DNA of 64,000 bases from Desulfobacterales bacterium (GTDB taxonomy: Bacteria; Desulfobacterota; Desulfobacteria; Desulfobacterales; UBA5616), in NCBI GenBank assembly GCA_046483495.1, contig JAWODC010000018.1, positions 35,846 to 99,845 on the forward strand, in the 5' to 3' direction. The notes under the pieces are model-generated. The model was not told the DNA's origin. It searched no databases and saw nothing but the letters and a program-made list of their open reading frames with translations. Below, in pieces: positions 50,765 through 59,540 of the stretch (position 1 is its first letter; each line of letters starts with the position of its first letter). The position numbers and the translations under genes were made by a program.

Positions 50765-51235
50765 TTAATCGGTATGATCGATATTCAGCAGCCGAACCAG
50801 TTGATTCAGAAGCCCGATCTGGCCTTTGAGAATCTTCTCTTTTGCCTGATCGATCGAAAACCATCCGGCACGATCCACTTCCGGAAATTCGGCCTTTTTT
50901 CCCGAATGCGGCGGCCATTCCATTGTAAACGGCCGGCTTTCAATATTATCGGCGTCACAGTCCCCTTCCACAGCCCAGGCAGTGACGATTTTCCCGCCGG
51001 GCTTTTTGACGGGGGAAAGGGGAATGAACTCGCCTGATATGGGATGCCCGGTCTCTTCTTCAAATTCCCGCACGGCCGCAGAAAGCGGGTCCTCCTCCGC
51101 TGCGTATTCGCCCTTCGGGATGGACCATGCCCCTTTATCTTTTCTGGACCAGTAAGGGCCGCCCGGATGAACCAGCAGCACTTCCATATGTGAATGTCGA
51201 AAGCGGTACACCAGCAATCCGGCGCTTCTTTTGAT
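50765..51235 (-). CDS. NUDIX hydrolase (start uncertain)
   Basis: It has the Nudix box GEYAAEEDPLSAAVREFEEETG, plus VHPGGP and FPEVDRA. The conserved-looking region begins at KRSAGLL. Confidence 0.85.
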   Translation of the reverse strand: MKRSAGLLVYRFRHSHMEVLLVHPGGPYWSRKDKGAWSIPKGEYAAEEDPLSAAVREFEEETGHPISGEFIPLSPVKKPGGKIVTAWAVEGDCDADNIESRPFTMEWPPHSGKKAEFPEVDRAGWFSIDQAKEKILKGQIGLLNQLVRLLNIDHTD

Positions 51236-51319
51236 AGGGCATCTCCTGTTACGTATTTTGAGGATTAAAATTTTCCGGCCAACGAAGAAATAGAGCGGAT
51301 CAGCCATTTCTGGATGGGT

Positions 51320-52528
51320 CTAAATAACCCCTTCGGATATCAACCCGCCGATATCATCCCAGGAGTAACCCAGATCCAACAGGATTTCGTTGGTATGCTC
51401 GCCTAAATCCGGATGCCGCCCGGTCACCCGTCCGGGCGTTTTCGAAAATTCAACCGGCATTCCGACGACTTCGACCGTTTGATCGGGGACATGATCATGG
51501 CCCCGGTACGGCAATTCAACCACGTAATTGTTTTCTCTGGTTTGAGGATCCGCCATGGCCTCGACGTGATTGTTGACCGGTGATGCGATGACATCCACCG
51601 TACGAAGCAGCCTGACCCACTCATCCCGGGACCGTGTCAAGAAGATGGGATCGACGATCGCCTTTAGTTCAGCTACATTTACATAGCGGGTCAGATCATC
51701 CGCGAACCTTGGATCATGTTCGAACTCCCGGATGCCCATCACCTCACAGAATCCATGCCAGACATCCTGGCGCACGCCGGCTATGGCGATCCATCCATCC
51801 TTGACTTCGAACAGGCTCCACATACCGGTGATAAACGGATGGCCCCGGTCCGCGGGCGGAACCGGCGCCTGATTGATCCAGGCCGATGTGGCTTCCCAGG
51901 ACTGGAGGGCAAGCATGGACCCGAACAGGGATACATCCACCTGCTGACCGATTCCGGTTTTTTCCCGAACATACAAGGCTGTAACGATGCCGTAGGCCAG
52001 CAGCATGGAGCTGACCTGGTCGCAGACAGCCGCGCCGATCGGGTGAGGACGTGCTTCATCGGTGTATCGTGTCGACGTCATAATCCCCGAAACGGCGACA
52101 CCCAGCAAATCGAATCCGGGCCATTGAGCCTTTTCACCACGAGGGCCGAACGGTGATCCCTGGGCATAGATAATTTCCGGATTGTGCTGTTTGATGGTTT
52201 CATAGGCGAAGCCGTGCCGCTCCATTGTTCCCAGTCGGTAATTCGTGAGGAAAACATCGGATTTCTTCGAAAGCCGATAGATGATTTCTTTTCCTTTTTC
52301 ACTGGTGTAGTCTAAGGAGATGCCTTTCTTTCCCCGGTTGTGGGCGAGAAAATAGCTGTCGATCCCCTTGGTTTCATTGGGCCATGGAACATTGCGGGAC
52401 ATCTCTCCGGTCAACGGCTCGACCTTGATGACCTCGGCTCCCAAATCGGCCAACATGACACCGCAGTGAGGGCCGAACTGCGCGATACTGATTTCCAACA
52501 CGGTGATACCATCCAGAGGCGTTGCCAT
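51320..52528 (-). CDS. Family III CoA transferase (CaiB/BaiF)
   Basis: It has PLDGITVLE, LADLGAEVIKVE, NRGKK, GFD (catalytic Asp) and LGEHT. Confidence 0.95.
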   Translation of the reverse strand: MATPLDGITVLEISIAQFGPHCGVMLADLGAEVIKVEPLTGEMSRNVPWPNETKGIDSYFLAHNRGKKGISLDYTSEKGKEIIYRLSKKSDVFLTNYRLGTMERHGFAYETIKQHNPEIIYAQGSPFGPRGEKAQWPGFDLLGVAVSGIMTSTRYTDEARPHPIGAAVCDQVSSMLLAYGIVTALYVREKTGIGQQVDVSLFGSMLALQSWEATSAWINQAPVPPADRGHPFITGMWSLFEVKDGWIAIAGVRQDVWHGFCEVMGIREFEHDPRFADDLTRYVNVAELKAIVDPIFLTRSRDEWVRLLRTVDVIASPVNNHVEAMADPQTRENNYVVELPYRGHDHVPDQTVEVVGMPVEFSKTPGRVTGRHPDLGEHTNEILLDLGYSWDDIGGLISEGVI

Positions 52529-52691
52529 ATGATTCCCCTTTTTCCGGGTTTAGCATTGATGTCAGTCTTCGAATATACCAGTCATTGCCTCGCAGTTCAA
52601 TGCCAATTGGAAGGACGGCCTCAACGAAATCGAATGCCGCTACGATTAATCAATAAACCTGCTCAGAACAGATCGAAAGCAACATGCCGCT

Positions 52692-54512
52692 TCATCCCTT
52701 TATGGGCCAGATCGCCGGAATGGCCACGGCAATAACGGCCAACACGAAAAGAGCGGCACCGATTCCGAACTTCAGATAATCCGAATTGCGATATTTCCCA
52801 GGCCCTTTTACCAGAAGCGGGGCCGGATGACCGACGGGCATGATAAAACTTGCCGACGCACCGACGATTACCGCCAATGCAAAGGCCTTAGGATTGGCGT
52901 TCAATGATTCGGCTATCTGTAGTGCGATCGGGGTTACGATCAAAGCGGCCACGGCATTGTGCATGGGCTGTGTCAGTATCAGCGCCAAAAATCCGACTGC
53001 GACAAGGGCCGGTACAACCCCCCAGGTCCCGGCCGTGGCTATGATGATATCGGCCAACCGGTCGGCGGCTCCGGTTTTCTGGAGCGCCGTTCCTATGGGA
53101 TACATTCCGGCAATCAGGATCAGGGTTCGCCACTCGATTTTCCGATACGCCAGTTTGGGGGTAAGAATGCCGGTGATGATCATCAGTGCGGCCCCGCCCA
53201 AAGCAGCGACCGCGATCGACAGCACGTTGAAGGCGGCGCTTATGATAACGGCCAGAAAGATAACGGCCGCGACCGGAGCATACTTTCTCAGATGCAGTGG
53301 CGCCTCCTGTTTGCGGGGCTTCTGAAGCCACAGAAAATCCGGTTTGGGCTTGAAATGCTCCACATCGTAGCGGCTTCCGAAAAGAAGAAGGCCGTCCCCG
53401 GGTTGCAGCTTACGGTCTCGAATATCGGTTCGATAGGGTCTGTTGTCCCGCCACAGGGCGATGCCCGTCAATCCCCAGTTGCTGCGAAGGCCGGCTTCTC
53501 GCAGCGTCATGCCGATCAGCCTGGACCGTGGCGGAATCACCACCTCCACCAGATCGAAGGCGCTCCAGGTAAAATCTTTTTCGGCCTGGGGCTGCCCCAT
53601 CAGCACCATTCCATTATGGTCGTGTATGAACGCTTCGACCCGTTCACGGCTGCCGCTCAACGCGAGCACGTCGTTGCCCTGGATGGGAACATCCTTGTTT
53701 TCGACGGGAAGCTGGTCATGGCCTCTGAGAATCATCAACACGCCCAATCCGTAATGTTTCCCCGGCCCGATATCCCCCAGTGTGCGGCAGCATGCAGAGG
53801 AGTCCGGTGTAACCAAAACTTCCCAGAGCCGATCGTTCAACCGGTACGTCGCCACAAGGTCACTGACCGGTCCGAAGGCGTTTTCCGATGCGGTTTTGTT
53901 TTCGGTTCGAAGAAGAATTTCAGACAAGAACACGGCATAGAGGACAATGCCCGCAAGAAGAACGATGCCGATCGGGGTAAATTCAAAAAATCCAAAGGAT
54001 TCATTGGTCTTCTCTTGAAGAAGACTGTTCACTACGAGATTGTGCGAAGCCCCGATCAGGGATAAATTGGCGCCGACAAGGCCGCTGACGGCCATCGGCA
54101 GCAGAAAACCGGAGCTTTTGAAACGGCTTCTCCGGGCCAGCCTGAGAACGGCCGGTATGAAAATACTGACGGCTGCAACAATATTGATAAATCCGGACAG
54201 CAGCCCGGGGACGACCGTGCTGACCAGCAGCAGCCGCCGATAACTGCTGCCGGCCAAAACGCCCAGACGTTCGGCCACCCATCGCACCGCACCGCTTCTC
54301 ACCAGTCCCGCGCCAAGAACCAGAATCGCCCCGATGGCAATGACGGCGCTGCTGCCGAATCCGGAAAACGCTTCCTGAGGGGTTAAAATATCCGTCCAAA
54401 CCAAAGAAAAGAGAACGAGAACCGCCACCACGTCCGGCGAAAGCCATTCAAATGAAAACATGACTACGGCTGCGGCAAGAATGCCGATGACCACGTATGC
54501 TTCAAAGCTCAT
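52692..54512 (-). CDS. SLC13/DASS-family permease with two TrkA-C domains
   Basis: It has many TM helices, LSGFIN, LIGASHNL, two RCK-C-like soluble domains, MHN, SASFIMPVGH and GPGKY..SDY. Confidence 0.9.
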   Translation of the reverse strand: MSFEAYVVIGILAAAVVMFSFEWLSPDVVAVLVLFSLVWTDILTPQEAFSGFGSSAVIAIGAILVLGAGLVRSGAVRWVAERLGVLAGSSYRRLLLVSTVVPGLLSGFINIVAAVSIFIPAVLRLARRSRFKSSGFLLPMAVSGLVGANLSLIGASHNLVVNSLLQEKTNESFGFFEFTPIGIVLLAGIVLYAVFLSEILLRTENKTASENAFGPVSDLVATYRLNDRLWEVLVTPDSSACCRTLGDIGPGKHYGLGVLMILRGHDQLPVENKDVPIQGNDVLALSGSRERVEAFIHDHNGMVLMGQPQAEKDFTWSAFDLVEVVIPPRSRLIGMTLREAGLRSNWGLTGIALWRDNRPYRTDIRDRKLQPGDGLLLFGSRYDVEHFKPKPDFLWLQKPRKQEAPLHLRKYAPVAAVIFLAVIISAAFNVLSIAVAALGGAALMIITGILTPKLAYRKIEWRTLILIAGMYPIGTALQKTGAADRLADIIIATAGTWGVVPALVAVGFLALILTQPMHNAVAALIVTPIALQIAESLNANPKAFALAVIVGASASFIMPVGHPAPLLVKGPGKYRNSDYLKFGIGAALFVLAVIAVAIPAIWPIKG

Positions 54513-54619
54513 ATCGCTATCATCTTTATCGGCCGATCCGATATCGTCCTGAATAGGGTTCAGGTCACGGTTCGAGCTTAATGAATACATATTATTTCAT
54601 AAACGTCAGGCAGACACAA

Positions 54620-54655
54620 TAGGTGTTATCCTTCGTGTAGGTGTTATCCTTCGGG
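54620..54655. repeat. Tandem repeat, 18-bp period, two copies
   Basis: TAGGTGTTATCCTTCG occurs at 54620-54635 and 54638-54653 in a divergent promoter region. Confidence 0.9.
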
Positions 54656-55046
54656 TAAAGTGAAAATGTCGGCCTTATTTCCAAAAAGCGCGTCGAATCT
54701 TCAGCCGGTATTGCCAAAAGCGCCGCATATTCTTTCCGCGAGCGACGATGTCACAAATACAGGAATTCCCCCATTTTGTGCCCGCTTTACGGCGTGTAAA
54801 ACTATTCCTTAATGCAAGCAATGGATTTTTTTAGAAATCAAAACAAAACAACGGGTTTTATGATGTATATTTCCAATGACTTAGGCATTTCCCACAATCG
54901 GTGCATTTTTTAAAAGGGCGGATGAGCGTCTCATGGAAACCGTGATGAATGACATAAACGGCCGGCCGGAGATCCACACATGCCATGCTCCGGCGCCTGC
55001 CTCCGGTGGCGGTAATTTGCCGGAACCTGCAAAGGCGCCTTCCATC

Positions 55047-56180
55047 ATGCGTTGGATAGGCATACTGACAGGGATCGTCGCGGCTTTGATTTTTTCGGCC
55101 GCTGTTTGGGCAAATGCCCGAATGTCGTCTCGAACACTTCCCGATTCCGGATCAGTACTGTATCAGAAAGGCTGTGCCGCTTGCCACGGCATTGACGGTG
55201 CCGGCGCCCCAACCGGTCGGCTTGGATTTGAAACGCCCATGCCCGATTTCACGGATTGCAATTTCGCAACCCGGGAAGCTGATGTGGACTGGATTTATGT
55301 CACGGAAGAAGGCGGACCGGCCCGCGCCTTTTCCCGAATGATGCCGGCTTTCGGATCGGCCTTGAACCGGACCCAAATCGAAAAAACGTTAAACCACATA
55401 CGAACATTCTGTCCAAACGAGGATTGGCCCCGGGGGGAGCTGAACTTGCCCAGGCCGATTTACACCACAAAGGCCTATCCCGAAGATGAGGTGGTGGTGA
55501 GCATGCTGTTCAATACGGAAGATCAAGACACGATCAGCACGGAATTGATCTTTGAAAAGCGGTTCGGCGTGCGAAATCAGATCGAGCTGATCATTCCTTT
55601 CGGGTGGCGTGAACAGGTCGAAGCCGATGCAAACGGGAATAGTGAATGGACTTCCAGTGTGGGTGACCTCGGTCTGGGAGTAAAACGGGTGCTGTACCAT
55701 GACCTCAAAAAGGGGTCGATCGTCAGCCTGGCCGGCGAAATGTTTTTCCCCACGGGCGATGACGATGAAGGATTCGGCAACGATACGGCGGTATTCGAAC
55801 CTTACCTGGCATACGGCCAAATATTGCCGCTTGATTTTTTCTTGCACTCGCAAGCGGGGGCTGCCTTTCCTTTTGACGGTGATCAAATGAATGAAGAAGT
55901 GTTCTTGCGTGTTGCCCTGGGCCGCACGTTTTTAACCGGACAATACGGCCGCAGCTGGTCACCCATGGTCGAGCTGTTGGGGTCCAAAGAGCTGAATGCC
56001 GATGCCGATGACCAGTGGGACTTGGCGCCCCAGCTGCAGGTCAGCCTTAGCACGCGTCAGCATGTCCGGCTGGCGGTGGGCGCCCGTATCCCCATGACCG
56101 ATACCGATGTCCGGGAAGCGGAATTCGGGGGCTACCTGCTGTGGGACTGGTTTGACGGCGGATTTTTCGAAGGATGGTAA
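55047..56180 (+). CDS. Monoheme cytochrome c fused to a probable outer-membrane beta-barrel domain
   Basis: The signal peptide is MRWIG...WANA. CAACH and MPAF (axial Met) mark the cytochrome. The C-terminal region has alternating beta-strand patterns and a terminal Trp. The start could be 54933. Confidence 0.7.
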   Translation: MRWIGILTGIVAALIFSAAVWANARMSSRTLPDSGSVLYQKGCAACHGIDGAGAPTGRLGFETPMPDFTDCNFATREADVDWIYVTEEGGPARAFSRMMPAFGSALNRTQIEKTLNHIRTFCPNEDWPRGELNLPRPIYTTKAYPEDEVVVSMLFNTEDQDTISTELIFEKRFGVRNQIELIIPFGWREQVEADANGNSEWTSSVGDLGLGVKRVLYHDLKKGSIVSLAGEMFFPTGDDDEGFGNDTAVFEPYLAYGQILPLDFFLHSQAGAAFPFDGDQMNEEVFLRVALGRTFLTGQYGRSWSPMVELLGSKELNADADDQWDLAPQLQVSLSTRQHVRLAVGARIPMTDTDVREAEFGGYLLWDWFDGGFFEGW

Positions 56181-56186
56181 ACGATT

Positions 56187-57818
56187 ATGACGGCGCATCG
56201 AAAATTGTGGATTTTGGTGGTTGGCTGCTGTCTCGTGCTGACCGAGGCGGACGCTCAAAACCCGTCGCAAAAGGCCGGCCGGCTGTTTGTCGCTTCAGAC
56301 CGGTGTTTGGCCTGCCATAACGGGTTGATTGCCCCTTCCGGCACTGATGTATCCATCGGGTCCAACTGGCAGGCCTCCATAATGGCCCATGCATCCCGGG
56401 ATCCCTATTGGCAGGCATCGGTCAAGCGGGAAACGATCATGCATCCCGAATCCAAACAACACATTGAAGACGAATGCGCTGCCTGCCACATGCCCATGTC
56501 CCGTTACACCGCCAAAGTCCGGGGTCAAAAAGGAAGTGTCTTTGCCAATCTGCCTGTTCTTTCCGCACGCACACCGGCGCATCAATTGGCCGCCGATGCC
56601 GTTTCCTGCACGATGTGCCACCAGATCCAGCCGGAAAACCTGGGAACGGAAGACAGTTTTACAGCCGGTTTTCTCGTAGATACCGAAGAGCCCCTGGGAC
56701 AAAGGCCGGCCTTCGGGCCGTTCGATGTGGACGAGGGGCGCACCCGGATAATGCGTTCTGCAGGCCGATTTGTTCCCACCGAAACCCTTCATTTGAAAGA
56801 ATCGGGCATGTGCGGGTCCTGTCATACGCTGTATACCTACAGCCGGGGCAAGAACGGCCAGGTGATCGGCAGGCTGCCGGAACAAATGCCATACCTGGAA
56901 TGGAGGCACAGCGCCTATAGAAGGAACCAGAGTTGCCAGAGCTGTCACATGCCGAAATTAACCCATTCCATGGCCATTACGTCGGTCATGGGACAACCCC
57001 GGAAAAAATTTTCCAGACACGTGTTTCGCGGCGGCAATTTTTTCATGCTGAATCTGCTGAACCGCCATCGCACGGAACTGAAGGTTATCGCGTCCCCTCA
57101 GGATCTTGAAGGCACAATGAAGGATACAATGGCTTTTCTGAACAGCAAGGCCGCCCGCATCGCGATAAACGAAGCTAAAATAGAAAACGGCCGGTTGACC
57201 GCGCGGGTGGAGATCACCAATCTCGCCGGCCATAAACTGCCGACAGCCTACCCGTCACGGCGGGTGTGGATTCATTTTCAGGTGATGGCGGATACCGGTG
57301 ACATCGTCTTCGAATCCGGAAAGATGAATGACGACGGTTCCATTGCCGGTAATGACAATGACAGGGACGGGCGAACGTACGAATCCCACCATGACCGGAT
57401 CACCCGCATGGAGGATGTCCCGATATACGAAGCTGTCATGGCGGGGCCGAACGGCAGGATCACCACCGGTCTGCTTGAAGCGGTAACCTTCATTAAAGAC
57501 AATCGCCTGTTGCCGCTTGGATTTGACAAACGAACGGCTCACCCGGATATTGCCGTAAAAGGCGCTGCATACGCCGATCCCGACTTCACAGGCAGCAAAG
57601 ACACGGTGCTCTATTCGATTCCCCTGGAAAACCCCCGGAGTCGGTTGACCCTTATTGCGGGTTTGATGTATCAGCCTATTGCCTACAGATGGGCCCAAAA
57701 TCTGCGGCAGCAGCCCTCAGATGAAACAGACCGATTTGTATCGTTGTACAATGCGGACGCCGGCCGTTCCGCCGTCCGGCTGACTGAAGACCGGCACCGG
57801 ATCGATGCCATGCCATGA
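56187..57818 (+). CDS. Exported multiheme cytochrome c (5 CxxCH)
   Basis: It has a signal peptide, CLACH, CAACH, CTMCH, CGSCH and CQSCH, then a heme-free C-domain with AGHKLPT. Confidence 0.9.
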   Translation: MTAHRKLWILVVGCCLVLTEADAQNPSQKAGRLFVASDRCLACHNGLIAPSGTDVSIGSNWQASIMAHASRDPYWQASVKRETIMHPESKQHIEDECAACHMPMSRYTAKVRGQKGSVFANLPVLSARTPAHQLAADAVSCTMCHQIQPENLGTEDSFTAGFLVDTEEPLGQRPAFGPFDVDEGRTRIMRSAGRFVPTETLHLKESGMCGSCHTLYTYSRGKNGQVIGRLPEQMPYLEWRHSAYRRNQSCQSCHMPKLTHSMAITSVMGQPRKKFSRHVFRGGNFFMLNLLNRHRTELKVIASPQDLEGTMKDTMAFLNSKAARIAINEAKIENGRLTARVEITNLAGHKLPTAYPSRRVWIHFQVMADTGDIVFESGKMNDDGSIAGNDNDRDGRTYESHHDRITRMEDVPIYEAVMAGPNGRITTGLLEAVTFIKDNRLLPLGFDKRTAHPDIAVKGAAYADPDFTGSKDTVLYSIPLENPRSRLTLIAGLMYQPIAYRWAQNLRQQPSDETDRFVSLYNADAGRSAVRLTEDRHRIDAMP

Positions 57819-57902
57819 TCTGGATTCACCTGTCTGGTCCGGAAATGAACCGTTTTCTCAAACGGGTACCGTCAAAAACCGAAATAACCGAATGCGGAAA
57901 AT

Positions 57903-58631
57903 ATGGTCAAAAAGCGACGAATAGCTGAAGAACTGATTGCCGAAGCAGAGAAAGAGTGCGATTTCCGAGCCGGAATCGCCGATATCGATGATGTTCTTGC
58001 CGGGCCTTCCTACAGGGCTGCGCCAAAGGAAGTTTGGAAGAGCAGCCATTTGGAAAAGGCCGCTCCATGGCTTTCAAACGCCCGTTCGCTCCTGGTGCTG
58101 GCAATGCATCACCCTGAAGATGCCCCATGGCTGGACCGGTTTGAAAACGGCAATACCGCGGGAAACCGCCGAATGACAGCCATTTCGGAGAAATTGGCTG
58201 CCTGGCTGCTCGAGACCCATGGTGTTCGTGCACAGCCGCTGCCGTACCACGTGGAAAAGGGAGGGGTGTATTTGAAAGATGCAGCCGTGTTCGCCGGACT
58301 GGGGGTGATAGGGAAAAACAACCTGCTGCTCGATAAGGTATGGGGACCAAGAGTTCGACTTCGTTCGGTATTGATCCAAGCTCCCCTGCCTGCCGGCGTT
58401 CCGATCGAACGTTTCGATCCCTGTCGCCAATGTGCGATGCCCTGCCGAAACGCCTGTCCTGAAAATGCTTTCGCACGGAGTAGATATGACCGTTCTGCAT
58501 GCATTCGACGCCTCGAATCCGATCGGGCACGACCGATCGAGAGCGGCCGAACCAATAGCGAGGGTTCTCCGGTTCTTGCCGTCGAATGGTGCCGAAGATG
58601 CGAGTTCACCTGCTCTGTGGGCGGAGAATAA
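57903..58631 (+). CDS. QueG/reductive-dehalogenase-like 4Fe-4S protein
   Basis: It has KDAAVFAGLGVIGKNNLL, WGPRVRLRSV, CRQC...CRNACP and CRRCEFTC. Confidence 0.8.
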   Translation: MVKKRRIAEELIAEAEKECDFRAGIADIDDVLAGPSYRAAPKEVWKSSHLEKAAPWLSNARSLLVLAMHHPEDAPWLDRFENGNTAGNRRMTAISEKLAAWLLETHGVRAQPLPYHVEKGGVYLKDAAVFAGLGVIGKNNLLLDKVWGPRVRLRSVLIQAPLPAGVPIERFDPCRQCAMPCRNACPENAFARSRYDRSACIRRLESDRARPIESGRTNSEGSPVLAVEWCRRCEFTCSVGGE

Positions 58632-58689
58632 GTCCTTTGTTCAGAACCTACCGGTGGATAATACAAAACAGCGGGCGTTCTAAGAGCGT

Positions 58690-59244
58690 TTATTTTTTAA
58701 TTCGGGTTATTTTCGATCCTTCAAGGGTTAAGTTGTACATCAATCCTTTCTGGCCGAATACAAACCCGATAATGGGCTCTTTGATATTTGTGGTGTCAAG
58801 TGATCCACCGGCTCCGATCTTGACCAGGGCTACAGATCCGTCAACACCGACTTCCCACCCGTCACTATTTCTGAAATTCGACAACGCCTCACGGGTCATA
58901 AAGAGGATGACGATGGACTTGGACTGGGCACCCAGTTGAAATCCGATTGAAGCGGCAGCAGTACTGTAATAATCCACGGTTTTTCCGTCAATCCTCAAAG
59001 CACCTTCTCCATACTCTCCGCCCACGCCGATTCCGGCTTTGATAACGGAGGGAAAAACCAGAATACCGGCCGCTTTTTCAGCCAATTCTTTTCCAACTCC
59101 AACATCGTTGTAGAATGTTTTCAGTGCATCATTTACTTTGGCATCAATTTCTACTTTAGATGCCGCAAAAGACAAACCATTCCACAGTGTTCCCAATGTA
59201 ATAGCAACGATAAAAAGACTGATTTTCAGTTCTGAAATCTTCAT
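58690..59244 (-). CDS. Ysc84/SYLF-like exported protein
   Basis: It has a signal peptide, ILVFPSVIKAG..VGGEYGEG, SIGFQLGAQ and KGLMYNLTLEGSK. Confidence 0.85.
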   Translation of the reverse strand: MKISELKISLFIVAITLGTLWNGLSFAASKVEIDAKVNDALKTFYNDVGVGKELAEKAAGILVFPSVIKAGIGVGGEYGEGALRIDGKTVDYYSTAAASIGFQLGAQSKSIVILFMTREALSNFRNSDGWEVGVDGSVALVKIGAGGSLDTTNIKEPIIGFVFGQKGLMYNLTLEGSKITRIKK

Positions 59245-59540
59245 TTCTAATCTCCTTTATGGTGAGACTGAACCGAATTTATCATACCCGGTGGGAACAA
59301 AATAATAGAGAAGAGCCTTAAGTACAAGTAAAATTACGCTTTATCCTGAAATTTTGGGCGGATAAAAAATACGGGTAACCGTCAATAAAATTAATTATTT
59401 GAATTTCAGCCGATTCTTGGTATGAGCAAGAGCATAAGAGGCACCCAAATGCTTGTTCAACGGGCTTTATCCAAACCGGGGGATGGGCACGGGGGATGAG
59501 CAATTGTTTTGTGCACAACGCTATACTCATGGAGAATGTA

